A stretch of DNA of 63,040 bases, the filler included, from Octopus bimaculoides (Eukaryota): the NCBI RefSeq assembly GCF_001194135.2. It is 6 parts of 6 records of this genome, joined end to end, with 100 filler letters (N's around TTAATTAATTAA, not from the genome) between each part and the next. Parts side by side here need not be neighbours in the genome. Positions count along the whole stretch, not along the records: positions 17,221 to 42,378 come from NC_068988.1; 5 more parts are not named here. One strand, written 5' to 3'. Below, in pieces: positions 25,790 through 38,603 of the stretch (the first letter of the stretch is position 1; each line of letters starts with the position of its first letter). The position numbers were made by a program, and so were the translations under genes. The notes below the pieces were generated by a model that was not told the DNA's origin, did not search any database, and saw only the letters and a list, made by a program, of their open reading frames with translations.

Positions 25790-27045
25790 TATACATATAT
25801 ATGCACATGCACATGCACACATGCACCCATATAGCCATCCACATATATACACACAGCCCAAAATCTTTATTCCTATATACAATTTATAGATATAAACCAA
25901 ATAATATATGTTGTATACAAAATCCTTGACATAGAATTTGGAAGTCATATCAAATATTTCACTATTTATGGAATAAAGGTTTAGCAGACAAGTATAATAA
26001 GAATGCACAATCAAGAGGCTTATTGACATAAAGTAACACATTACTTAAACAATATCTACAGCCCTAGATAATACACATAACTATATTAGAGAGTATGGAT
26101 AAAAAAGGGAAGGGCAGTTGTTTCAAGTTGGGTGGCATATACTTTTAAGCGTAGGCATAGCTGTATGGTAAGAAGATTGCTTCCTAACCATATGGTTCCA
26201 GGTTCATTCCCACTGTGTGGCACTTTGGACAAGTGTCTTCTACTACAGTCTCGGGCTGATCAAAGCCTTGTGAGTGGATTTGATAGACAGAAACTTAAAG
26301 AAGCCCATTGTATATATATATATATTTCTATGTGTGTGTGTGTGTGTCTTTGTGCCTGTGTTTGTCCTCCTACCACTGTTTAACAACCAGTGTTGGTATG
26401 TTTGCATCCCTGTAACTTAGTGGTTTGTCAAAACAGACAATAGAATAAGTACCAGGCTTGAAATAGAAGTACTGGGATGGATTCATTTGACTAAAAATTC
26501 CTGAAGGTGGTGGGGCCCAGCATAGCTGCAGTCTAATGATTGAAACAAGTAAAAGATAAAAGATGAAGTGAATTAGGTAACTGGTTTAAAATATGCAAAT
26601 GTGTTTCTAATATTATGTAAGCATTTTAATCTAAGTTTATGAGACATTTAAGAATTTCCCTCTCACCTAATTCGCTTCAAACAACATACCTTAACTTTTT
26701 TATCCGCATCCTCTAATATTCATGTGTATTATCAAGAGCTGTAGATATCATTTGAGTAATATGTTACGTTATTTTATGGGCCTCCTGATTATGCATCATT
26801 ATTGTATTAGTCCACTAAATCTTTATTCCATAAATAGTGAAATAGTTGATAGTCTGACATGTGTCTTCCAAACCTTATGTCTTGAATTTTGTATATTACA
26901 CATCCTTCTTTTATTGCTTGATATCATATTATTTGGTTTATATCTATATATTGCATATAGCTATAAAGGTGTAAGGCTGTGTGTTTATGGAGGAATGGCT
27001 ATATGAGTGCATATGTGCATGTATATATATATATGTGTGTGTGCA
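25790..27045. repeat. Inverted pair of an about 270-300 bp AT-rich repeat enclosing a SINE
   Basis: 25790-26062 versus reverse complement of 26738-27045; shared blocks ATAGATATAAACCAAATAATAT and TATTTCACTATTTATGGAATAAAG. Confidence 0.8.
26149..26562 (+). mobile_element. SINE family A, full length, CpG-decayed
   Basis: Head GCTGTATGGTAAG, CORE-like segment, tail GCAGTCTAATGATTGAAACAAGTAAAAG. Confidence 0.85.
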
Positions 27046-27089
27046 TTTTGATGTATTTATGTGTGTGTGTGTGTGTATACACACACATA

Positions 27090-27780
27090 TATCATCATCA
27101 TCATCATCATCATCCTCATCATCCTCATCATCCTCATCATCATTTAGTGTCTGCTTTCCTTGCTAGCATGGGTCAGACGGTTTGATTGAAACTGGCAAGC
27201 TGGAGAGCTGCACCAGGCTCCAATCTGATTTGGCATGGTTTCTATGTTTGGATACCCTTACTAGTGCCAACTACTCTAAGAGTGTAATGGACGCCTTTTA
27301 TGTGCCACTGACATGGATGCCAGTTACGTGACACTGGCATTGGCCCCAACTACGATTTTACTTGGCTTGACAAGTCTTCTCAAGCATGGCCTAGTGCCAA
27401 AAGTCTCAGTCACTTATCACCTCCGTGAGGTCCAATGTTTAAAGGGTGCTTTTTATGAGCCACCAGCATGGTTGCTTGTTATGTGCGACCGGCATCAGCC
27501 ATGACTGATTTCTCTTGGCTTAATGGGTCTTCTCTAGCACGGCATATTGCCAAAGGTCACTCGTTATTACCTCTGTAAGACCCATATCTTCCTGGGTCTA
27601 CCTCTTCTACAGGTTCCCCCTACAGCTAGAGATCAGTACTTCTTCATACAGCTGTCCTCATCCATACGCATCACATGATCATACCAGTGCAGTCGTCTCT
27701 CTTGCACACCACATCCGATGCTCTTATGCCCATCTTACTCTCTGTTGTACATGCACACTGATATTGCACATCCAGTAAAG
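27090..27780 (-). mobile_element. RTE-type LINE 3' end with (ATG)n tail and about 150-bp tandem duplication in the 3' UTR
   Basis: RRLHWYDHVMRMDEDSCMKKY..GTCRRGRPRK; 27289-27434 repeats at 27443-27584. Confidence 0.82.
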
Positions 27781-28036
27781 CATACAAGCTTCATTTCTTT
27801 CAAGCCTACATATGTCCATATAATACACACAGACATCTCATGGTAAGTAGACACTATCGTTTTTGAAAATTATATTTCTGGAAACAAAACAATGTCATTT
27901 GATGCATTTAAGTACATAATCTAGTATTTAGAAGACATGCCTTATGCACAATACATTAATTATGTTGAAGTATGAGCTAGTGTCCACAGAGATAAAACTA
28001 ATGTGCTGATGTATTTCAAGCAACATGGTTATGGTC

Positions 28037-28373
28037 TAGTATAGAAAGACAACAGGGTCACACTGTCAGCAGGAGAGGTTGAAAAGGTGAAAGAGGAAGG
28101 TGAAATACTGTATCTGAATAAATCAGAGGAAGTTAGGTTGAGATGAGTTAAAAGTACTTACAAACAAGACAAGAGAAAGTGAAAAAATAAGACAAGAGAA
28201 AGTGAAGTTTATGACCAACGCCAGCAATAACCACCACATAAAGCAAAATGAAGAAGGATCTTTGATCTGAAAGTGCCAAAAAATGTGAACTTAACCAAAC
28301 AACTAGTAGCAAGATCATACACAAATCACATACCACTTGTAGGTCCTATCTCTTTATCTACTTATCTATGTAC

Positions 28374-28422
<49 letters not shown>

Positions 28423-28779
28423 CATCTAACTTTAAAACTTTATAACTTCATGACTCTGAAATCTTCAAAATTTTTTGAGTTTCTTTGAGAATTCTGTGAG
28501 AGGTTTTGATATTTTATGCATTGTTCCAGAAACTTTTTCTTCAAGGGATTTTTGAAGTTTGTGTAGTCTATTAAAATCTCACCCTTTCACACTTTTTCAT
28601 TTTTTTCAATTTATACCCTTTTTCATTTTTTACTTTCTCTTGTATTGTTCATAAGTACCTTTAACTTCTCTCATCTTAACTTCCTCTGACTTATTCAGAT
28701 ATAATAATTCATCCCTACCTCCTTTGCCTTCTCAACCTCTCCTACTAAAGGGCAGGTGTTACCCTAATTTTCTATACTA
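28037..28779. repeat. Inverted pair with about 150-bp arms (fold-back/MITE-like)
   Basis: 28037-28190 versus reverse complement of 28625-28779; shared TATCTGAATAA(A/G)TCAGAGGAAGTTA; about 75% identical. Confidence 0.75.
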
Positions 28780-29839
28780 ACAGATTAAACTGTATAATGA
28801 AAGGTGTCTAGTTACGTTTGAGATATCTGTGTGTGTGTATATGTACATGTGTGTGTGTGTTTGTGTGAGTATATATACATGCATACATATGCATATTTAT
28901 ACACACACACACACACAGACACACACACACACACACACACAAAGGCCTGAGTGTGTGTATGCGTGTACTTAATGATTTATTATTTTGTTCAATGAAAATT
29001 AGTAAACAAATAATGTTTCTTTAAAATTCACAATTCAAACTCACCAATAATTTCCTGTATTACCTGACCTCTCTTTGTAGCATTTAGTTTAAATAAGCAT
29101 TAAATAGGTCAGACCATAAGAAACCTTATAGCTTATTAAAGATGGTTTCTGCTTTTCTCTTCTCCTCTATTTCATTAATTGGATTATTCTACATTCAAAA
29201 TTAGATATTAGGTTTCCTCCTTCCTCTCAACTTTACCTCCCCAACTAATATCCTTTTTTTTTCTCTTAGTCACTTTATTGATCCCAACACCTTGAATACA
29301 CAAAACTCATAAATAACTTAATAAACTTTATCATAACTTCATTTATTGGAATCTCTAAGCCATGTATTAAAAATACAGACTTAGCTTTCCTCTCATTTCA
29401 TGATAAATTAGCCATTTGATATATGCCAGGAACAACACACTCACTTCATATCTATCTGTCTCACTATCTGTCTATCTTTCTATCTTCACATCTCTCTCTT
29501 TTTCTTGGAACATACCTAAATCAATGTACTCTTCTTATATCTCTATATATATGGCTGGGTTAACATACTGGTTCTCTATCTTTTTTTCTCTCTCCTACCT
29601 AAACTATCTTCTCCTCTTTATTTACTAGCAATTCCTTTAGTTTTTCTCTTTTTCCTCTCTAATGAAACTTTTTGAAATTGGAACATAATAAAATTAGGCA
29701 AATACTATAAAAAAGACATCAATTCCTTTCTTTTTTTTTTTTTCCTTCTTTGCACTCGAAACTTTAGGAAATTCCAACAAAATATCTCAAGGTAAACATT
29801 TCATCTGGAATTTATAATTTGAAAGCAAAACTCCAGCCT

Positions 29840-30140
29840 TTTCAGACCCACAAGCTGTCTTCTCTCTCTGCCTTTTCTATAATGGCCTATCCTCCATGAA
29901 TCTGGTGGGTTTTGTACCTTCTCCACTCAGACATTCCGACTCATCCATCTCTCCACCGCTCAGCACTCTTGGTGAGTCCAATCACTTCTTTCCCCACACT
30001 AACCACTATGTTCAATCTTTCATCCCCCAGAACATCATCCCTCTGGAATCACCTCTCAACTCGTGTCTTACTTGTAAGTGTTGACTTGAAACACTTTCTA
30101 TGGAACATTAAAAATGTCAGTCTCACTAGTCTTGGAGGAG
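29840..30140 (+). mobile_element. CR1/L2/Jockey-group LINE 3' fragment
   Basis: AVFSLCLFY...TNHYVQSFIPRTSSLWNHL across frames, a typical terminal LINE ORF2 motif. Confidence 0.6.
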
Positions 30141-30230
30141 TCTGCAAACATCAGGAGCTCTGCCTCTTCCTCCAGACACTGTGGTTAAAAAGAAAGAATC
30201 ACCTGAATTACTAAAAAATTTCTTGAGTCA

Positions 30231-33200
30231 TTTCATATATATGCAAAACTCAGTATGTATGCGTGTGTGTAAACCTGCATAACTTCTGAAGTTTGCAACT
30301 GATTTTCTCCAAACTGGGAATATACATTACTTATGTTCCAGAGATGGTTTTAGACTCTAAACATTTTTCACATAATGAGTAATGGGGCCTCTCAAAGCAG
30401 AAAATCCCCTTTTCTGTGATACATATGACTACTGTATCACAGGTAACACTTTTTCATGTTACTAAGTAGAACTTTTCCTGTGAATGTTTCTCATCTTTTT
30501 AAAATACTGACATTAATTAATGCTTGTTATTGACATTTAATTATTAACATACAATTGTCATCTTAGTTTATTGCATCACATCTCTTTTCATAATGTCTCC
30601 AAAGAAGAGATTCTCCATTGGTCGAAAAAACAGCAGTAGCAGAGAAATTGGAAAGAAGGAGAGCAAATAAATTATCACAGGAGACTTCAATTAGACAATC
30701 ACAAAATGCTGCATGTACAGCTACTACAAGAGCAATGGAAAGCGGTGAGCAGTGTAGTATTTGTCTAGCCAGGAATGCAGCATTAACAGTTTCAGCATCC
30801 ACCATACAAGGAATGCTACAGAAACTGCTACTGCATGAGCTGCAGAGAATGAAGAGCAATGTGCAATTCACCATACAAGCAATGCTGCTGCAAGAGCTGC
30901 CGAGACCACAGAAGATTGACATAATCGGCTGGGGGATAATGTTTAGTGAATAGCTACAGCACAGGGTATTTTAAGTCCATGCAGTTTGCTATGGTCATTA
31001 AAAGCATTCCACTTTGATCCTATTCTTAATTATGTTATCCACCCTGATATTGGCAATATGTCTACCGCTTGCCAGTTTTGCAATGCCAAAAAGTTGTCAG
31101 GAAAAACTTCTGGAATGTGTTGCTCCAATGGGATGGTTAAATTATACCCCCTTGAAGATCCACCACAGCCATTGAAGCTTCTACTTGCAGGCACAAAACC
31201 AGAATCAAAACATTTTCTGGATGACATCTGAAAATATAATTGTGCCTTCCAAATGATCTCTTTTGGGGGAAAACATTGCCAGGGAAGGTAAATTTATCCC
31301 CACTTTCAAAGTGCAGGGACAGATCCATCACAGGATTGGATTACTCTAGCCTCTTGCAAATGAAGAGCCTCAGTTTCTTCAGCTGTACTTTGTTGGCAAC
31401 TATCAAGAACAAGCAGACAGGTGGAACTTTATTTCACCTGGTACTAACCTGGAGCTCACACTGAATCTTCAAGAAATGATACATTAAAAAAAACAGCTAT
31501 GTTCAGAGCTTCAAATAAGCCTTGAAAACAGCACCTACACCAAATTTTAATGTAGTACTTAATGTTGACCAAAGGTCATCTGGGGAACATGCAGGTCGCT
31601 ATAATGCGTCCACATACAATAAAATTGCTGTAGTTTTCGATGGTGACCAGCACAAGAAAAGAGACACTGCTCTCAAGTGTTGTAACAACACCCTACAATG
31701 GAACAGGGAAACACCCAGATCCTACGATGTGCTCCAATATTCACTGCTCTTTGTGAATGATGAAGATGAATACCATTTTGGCATTCCACTGCATAATACC
31801 AACGAACTTGAAGAGTACACCAACAAAACATTTCCTGCATGGACTTCAATGCATGTCACTTTATGACTTGAGTTAATTGTTTTAATCACCTCCAATATTT
31901 ACAAGAAGTCTATAACCAATTTGCAGTTGATATGACAGCAAAAATGGAGTCAGAGAGATTGTCGTACATAAAATTAAATCAGAAGCAGCAGCATTCTGAC
32001 AGTTACATTCATCTTTGAGATGGTATCAACAATGATGCAGCTCCTGGAAGCCTAGGACAAGTCTGCATCCTGCCATCAACTTTCATAGGTGGTCCCCGCT
32101 ACATGCATGAAAGAACCCAGGATGCTATGACATGTGTGGTATTATGGCAGGCTTGACCTATTTATAACTTTCACTTGCAATCCAAAGTGGAAGGAGATTG
32201 AGAATGGACTCTTCCCAGATCAAAAGACCAAAGACAGACATAACCTCCTGGCCAGAGTCTTTTGGCTAAAGTTAATTAAACTCATGGACCTCATCAAGAC
32301 AGAACAGATATTTAGACCTGTAAAATGTGACATGTACACAATTGAATGGCAAAAGAGAGGCCTTCCACATGCTCACATTCTGATTTGGCTATCAACAAAT
32401 ATCAATTCTAATGACATTGACAAGATTATCTGTGCAGAGCTTCCAGATCCATCTACTGACAAGGAACTGTATGTGATAGGGAAGGCAAACATGGTGCATG
32501 GTTCGTGTGGGCATGGCTTGAACCTAAACTTACCATGTTTGAAACACAATGTATGCACCAAAAAGTTTCCCATGCAGGTCCTTCAAGAAACCCAGACGAA
32601 GGAAACCAGAAGATGGGGGATTTACAGCAAAGATTAGTCAACGCAAGGTTGACACCAGATGGATAGTTTTGTACTGTCGACTCCTATTAAATATATTCAA
32701 CACCCATATCAATGTTAAGTTCTGCAACTCTGTGAAGTCCATCAAGTACATATGGAAGTATGTAAACAAAGGTTCAGATGCTGCCATATTTGGCCTTCAG
32801 TAACAAAACAGCCAAGATGAGGTTACGCAATACCAAATAGGACGATACATCAGTAGTAACGAGGTCATCTGGTGCATTTTTTGCTTTCCACTACATCAAA
32901 GGCACAGTTTGCAGTGCACCTGGAAAATGGTCAGAGAGTGTACTTCACTGATGCTAATGCTGCTCAATTGGCACAGGAACGAAAGGACACCACCCTCACT
33001 GCATTTTCAAACTTTGCCAAGTAGATCCATTTGCTCAAACCTTGCTGTATTCCCAGGTACCATCCTACTACACATGGAACAAGAAGACATGAACATGAAG
33101 AAAGGCAGGTCAAAATGTCAATGGACAGCCTGGCATAAATTTTGACAATTGCTTTGGCAGAGTTACACAGTGCATCCCAGCAAACATGAATGTTTCTATC

Positions 33201-35733
33201 TCTGTCTGCTACTGCATGAGGTCAGAAGACCAACGTGTTTCCAAGACCTAAAAACTGAAGATAGACAAGTTTGTGCTATGTATAGGGAAGCCTGCTTTAA
33301 ACATGTACTGCTAGGAGATGGTGCACAGTGGGATGCAACTTTGGTAGAGGCTGCTGTATCACAGTTACCTAGAAGTCTCAGGGCACTATGTGCAGTATTA
33401 TTGCAAACAGATGAACTGTGTGATCCTGCCTCTTTGTGGCTCAAGTATAGAGATGACCTGTCTGAAGATCTGAAACATCAAGCACAATTGCAGTTTCTTG
33501 TCATGGAAGTAAGTTTCAGTTATGAAGTCTACAATGTCTACAATAGAGCACTAATTGACATAGAAGACAAGACTGTTTTAATGAGTGGAAATGCTTTACC
33601 ACATATAGCCTGCCCCAAACCTACCTGATAGGGTCAAATGCCCTTCCCACAGATACCCTACAAAAAACATCCTATGGCACGGGTGCTCTTGCCAGATATC
33701 TCAGTAAAATTGAGCCAAAACTGCTTCTGGACCAGCAACGCACTTACAACTCTATTGTTGATTGTGTGCACCACTGAAAATGACGCATCTTTTTTGTGGA
33801 TGCACCTACAGGGACAAGAAAAGTATTTGTGACAAAATTTCTCCTCACTCAGGTTAAGCAGCACAAGGACATCACATTAGCTGTGGTATCCTCTGGGATT
33901 GCTGCAACTTTGCTGCCTGGTGGCAGGACAGCACACTCAACCTTTAAGCTTCTTCTGAATTTAGCAACATCTGACACACCTACTTGCAACAGCAGCAAGA
34001 GCTCAGACAAGGTGCAAGTGTTAAGAAGGTGCCAGCTCATTGTGTGAGATGAATGCACCATGGCACACAAAGGAGCTCTTGAAGTATTTGATAAAACCTT
34101 ACAAGACATCAGAGACTGTCAGGATCCAATGGGAGATGTTACTTTCCAGTTGTCTAGAGATTTCAGCATACCTGCAGACCTTTCCAGTTATTCCCAAAGG
34201 AACCAGGGCAGATGAAGTCCGAGCATGTCTTAAGTCCTCTCCATTGTGGCACCAAGTCACAATATTGAGTCTTAACACCAACATGAAAGGTGAACTGTAA
34301 AGTGACCAACTATCAGCAAAATTTGCTAAGGACATTTTGACACTTGGAGATGGCAAGATACCTCTCGATGCAGGTGGAGAAATGCCATTCAGCCTACTTT
34401 GCACCATTGTTGATACTGTTGGTCTTAAAGCCCCATTGTTTCCAAATCTGAAGGAAATTTATCACAATCTCAATTGGCTGTGTGAAAGAGCAATACTGGC
34501 TCCAAAAGACAGCACTGTAAGTAAAATTAATGAGCAGCTGCTGCAGTACCTTCCTGGAAGTCCTCACATTTATAAGTCAGTTGATACAATCCAAGATCCG
34601 GAAGAGGTGATAAATTATCCAACAGAATTTCCCAATTTATTGGAGCCTCCAGGTCTACCTCCCCCACAGATTAGAATTTAAAGTGGGAACTCCAGTAATG
34701 TTATTGAAGAATTTGGATCCACCAACACTCTGTGATGGGACATGCCTGGTGGTAAAGAAAATGATGCTACATGTTATTGAGGCCACCATTCTCTCCGGGT
34801 GTGGAAAAGGCGAGGATGTTTTCACACCCAGATTTCCTCTCATTCCATTGGGAGCAGAAATTCCTTTTTCATTCAGAAATGTGAAATTTTCTATTTGTAT
34901 CAGCTTTGCAATATCTATAAATAAATCCCAGGGTCAAACACTGTCTGTGGTAGAACTTCACTTGGAAGCATCGTACTTCTCACACGGGCAGTTATATGTT
35001 GGCTGCTCTAGAGTGAGAGCCAAAAAGACAAATCAATTTGCATTTGTTTCACAAGGGAAAACAAAGAATATTGTTTACCAAGAGGTTTTGTAGAAATTAC
35101 TACATCCTACAATGCGCTCCAGTATCCACTGCTCTTTCTGAATGGTGAAGATTGATACCATTTCAGCATTGCACAGCATAATACCAACAAGCCTGAAGAC
35201 TGCACCAACAAAGCAGTTTCCTGCATGGACTTCAGTATCAAAGCCTATTCTCCAATTACTCCCACCAACCATGCAGTAAGCCATTATGCCTTATTTTTTC
35301 AAGTAATTAATTACTACATATTCTCACGTGATTGTATAGGCTCAGTTTATGTTTCTTATTCTACAACCACACCAGCAATCCAATATCAACCCTTTACCTT
35401 TTGCAACATCTCAACAGTTCACTTCACTGTTGCTGTCTCCCATTGCATCCCTCTTCTGGAATATACCCATTTAGGTACAATATCTCCATTACACCTACAT
35501 TTGTTTGACTGTAAATCACATACCCCACCACCCCCAATTTTTCATGACAGGTTAGGGCCTAGAATACTCCAAACAGATGCATGACATGCAGCTTAGTCGA
35601 ATTAGCCCATCATTTACTCCACAAATGTTTTATCATCAATGTTGCACTTCCCCATATCACATGTTTCAACATAACTAATATATATACAAACTATGCCATT
35701 TTAATCCCAAGCAACACTGGGTATTTCTGCTAG
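30231..35733 (+). mobile_element. Near-complete Helitron with decayed RepHel gene (about 30593-35093)
   Basis: CQFCNAK...GMCCSNG; Rep motifs DLFITFTCNPKW, YTIEWQKRGLPHAHILIWL, SIKYIWKYVNKG; Pif1 motifs DAPTGTRK, SSGIAATLLPGGRTAHS, RAILAPK, INKSQGQTL, FSHGQLYVGCSRV. 3' end CCCAAGCAACACTGGG...CTAG|T; 5' end A|TTTCATATATAT is less certain. Confidence 0.93.
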
Positions 35734-36456
35734 TATTTGATATCTTAATAAGTGAACATTTGCTTAACATTATCATAACACAAACTGCCTTTTGTAATGA
35801 AATAGATGTGTATGAGTGTATGTGTGCAACTGCACGTGCATATGTGAGTGTGTGTAAGTGTGTGCATGTGTGAGTGTGTGTGCAGTAAACTTTGTCAAAT
35901 GTGAACTGAGGTTTCCTCCACAGCTCTTCTAAAGTTCCTAAAATTATCATGTTCCTAATATTTTCAAAATATGATAGCATTAGAAAACTCTAGCAGCAGA
36001 ATAAGATCTGGCCTTTATGACACTTGGCTTCTGGAAAACAGTTATGCTAATGACATCTATTTAGACAGAAATGTGTCTACTACTGTCTTCATATCATCAG
36101 AAAATAAGCCTATCAGTTTCTTTAATGGCATATGAACTTTGGAGAATTTTTGATTCTTGACAATATCACTCCTTATATGGAGCTGGTTTTAATTGTCTGT
36201 TGGTAATTATGACACATACCCTAGAGGCAGAGATAATTTTAACAAATCAAGACTTTATGCTGTAAGGTATTTGATATTGTTGCATTTCTCTATGCTGTTC
36301 ATATAGATGCCATTAGCCACTTTGAATTAGGATTTTAGTTCACTTTTGATTAAATCAAACACAAATACATGCTAGGTAATGAGTACAAAAAGAAGACAGC
36401 ATGAGGAGGACAAGTTTTAACAACTATTGTATTGATATTAATCTTAAAAAGAATGA

Positions 36457-36494
36457 GTTTTGACATTTTGGATGCTGGTCCTTCATCAGATAAC
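36457..36494 (-). ncRNA. Minimal Penelope-type hammerhead motif inactivated by two CpG transitions
   Basis: GTTAT-CTGATGA-A-GGA-CCAGCA-TCC-AAAA-TGTC-AAAAC; restoring two CpGs gives canonical TCC-GAAA-CGTC. Confidence 0.6.
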
Positions 36495-36870
36495 TGAAAC
36501 AATGAGCAAAGCTGGTGGGAAAAATAAAAAGAAAAAAAAGGTGATTGAATAAAAAGGGGGATGGTTAGGGGCCAAGTTGGGATGCAGTTCTATGGGGAAT
36601 GTTAGGAAGGAGGAGGTAGTGTGGTATGTACATGTATAGGAGGGGTCTACATAGAGATAGACATAAGATGTGTGTGGTGTTATGGGGAGCATGTAGTTTG
36701 GGAGTGTAGATATGTGGGACTATGTGAGTATGGGAGTTTAACGATGTAGGATAGTAGGGGTATGGAGGATGATGCATAGGTGATACTGCATTGTATGAGA
36801 GGAAGGTGTTAAGATGAGAAGGATGCGACAGGCATGAGGGTGAGGTGAAAGAGAAAGTAAGAGGAATGGA
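36495..36870 (-). mobile_element. Possible Penelope-like 3' region/pseudo-LTR
   Basis: C-rich minus strand like the PLE at 18-20 kb, lying directly upstream of the hammerhead motif; no protein motif readable. Confidence 0.3.
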
Positions 36871-37699
36871 CATTTAAGAAAAGACATTGATGAATACTCT
36901 AAATACTGAAGATACTTTAAAAAATGGTAAAAACTGTGGATTATGTAACAGGTACAATGTCTGAAAAGATGATAAAAGAAGAATCAAAAATAGGTAAGAG
37001 AAAGTTGTTGGAGAAAAACAAAAAGGGAAACAATTTCTCTACAAAAGGTCAAAATATATTTGGCATGCTCACTGGCTGCTGCTGCTGCTGCTGTGAATTT
37101 TTGTTTCTCTTTGATGTTAATGTTTGACACAGCAAGTCTATAAGAGATGTTATTTCAGGACAAACATTGAAGTAACAAGGCTATAGACAGAGGGTATACA
37201 TTAAATATGGCACACAGATGGCTATTTTAATGAAATACTGCTTTGATTGTGTATACTGGCTCCCAAATCAGCCAGGTGGCTATTTGCAACATTAATGAAT
37301 GGTTTATTCACTTTTTTCCTATAACAGAGTAAGTTCATGAGAGATGATATCTCAGGTCAAATACTACAGAATGTATTAATCATGATACATAGATGGCTAT
37401 TTCAGTTTAATTGTTTTTATTTCTATCAGATCCCTTAGGCAGATAAAATGCTAACACAAGAAATTAAAAGAACTAGCAGTCATTGTTGCTTGTGTGTACA
37501 ACACAATGATTTAGCAATTGCCAACTTTCTAAATAATGTAAGATCTTTTTTGAATACAAAGTTGGAATTAGAAGCCACTGGGAGAAATATTTCAATTGTG
37601 TTAAAGAGAAAAACCATTCTAAATGTTTGAACACTATTAGAACCCTGCACATAACACATTCAAAACATTATTGATTATGAATCTGAAAAATCAATGAGG

Positions 37700-38568
37700 G
37701 CCATCACCAAAGAAGTTTAGGTGACAGAGAAGACTATCATAACTATGGTACATGAGAACATTCAATACTAGTCATATGGACTGAGGAAAATTCAGTTTAA
37801 GTCTACAAAGACACAAGAAATCCGTTTGATCCATGCCAAGAGATTACTTACAGTTAAAAACAATTACAAACATGACTTGCTTTGGTTCTTCTGTGATGAC
37901 AACAAGTTTAATAGAAAAGATGACAGACGATTATGTGCAGATCCTTCTGAAGTCCCCATAGTGATTCATATTAACCTTCCAGCAACTGTGATGGTTTTAG
38001 AAGTGTTGAGTAAAGAAGGTCATTGTGCCACCTTACATCTTTCCACAAGGTCTTAGAATTAATGCTACTGGATATGTTGAGGTACTGGTGATAGTTGTCT
38101 GGCCTTGGATGTAGGCAGTGGAAGGCCAGACGTGTTTCAGTTAGACTCAGCACTTCACATAAACCTCCATAACTTAAGAATAGAGGCCATACAATATCTA
38201 TAATCATGTAACACAACAACTGTACCCTCCAGATTTCTCAGGTTTTGCATCCCATGGACTACTACATTTGGACCATTGTTGAAAGGGAGATTAATTAACA
38301 TGCTCACAATACCATTATTTTACTGATGTCTGCCATTGTCCAGGTGATGTCCAAAATGAATAGGAGTCATTTAGTGCAGACACGTCAATGATTCTGGTGC
38401 TACATTTAAGCAGTCATCAAAGCTGAAGGTGGATTCATAAAATAATCTTATAAGAAAGCTTATCAAGAACATGTGCATGAATTTCTATTTGAATACGTTT
38501 AGGTTTTGCTAGATTAAAGTTTTTTTTATTACATTGCCAAATATATCCTCAAATACCTCTCACATTTT

Positions 38569-38570
<2 letters not shown>
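37700..38570 (+). mobile_element. Second maT/DD37D-like transposase relic
   Basis: AKRLL...LWFFCDD...DPSEVPIVIH..PATVMVLEVLSKEGH, GRPDVFQLDS, PMDYYIWTIVE across frameshifts. Confidence 0.75.
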
Positions 38571-38603
<33 letters not shown>

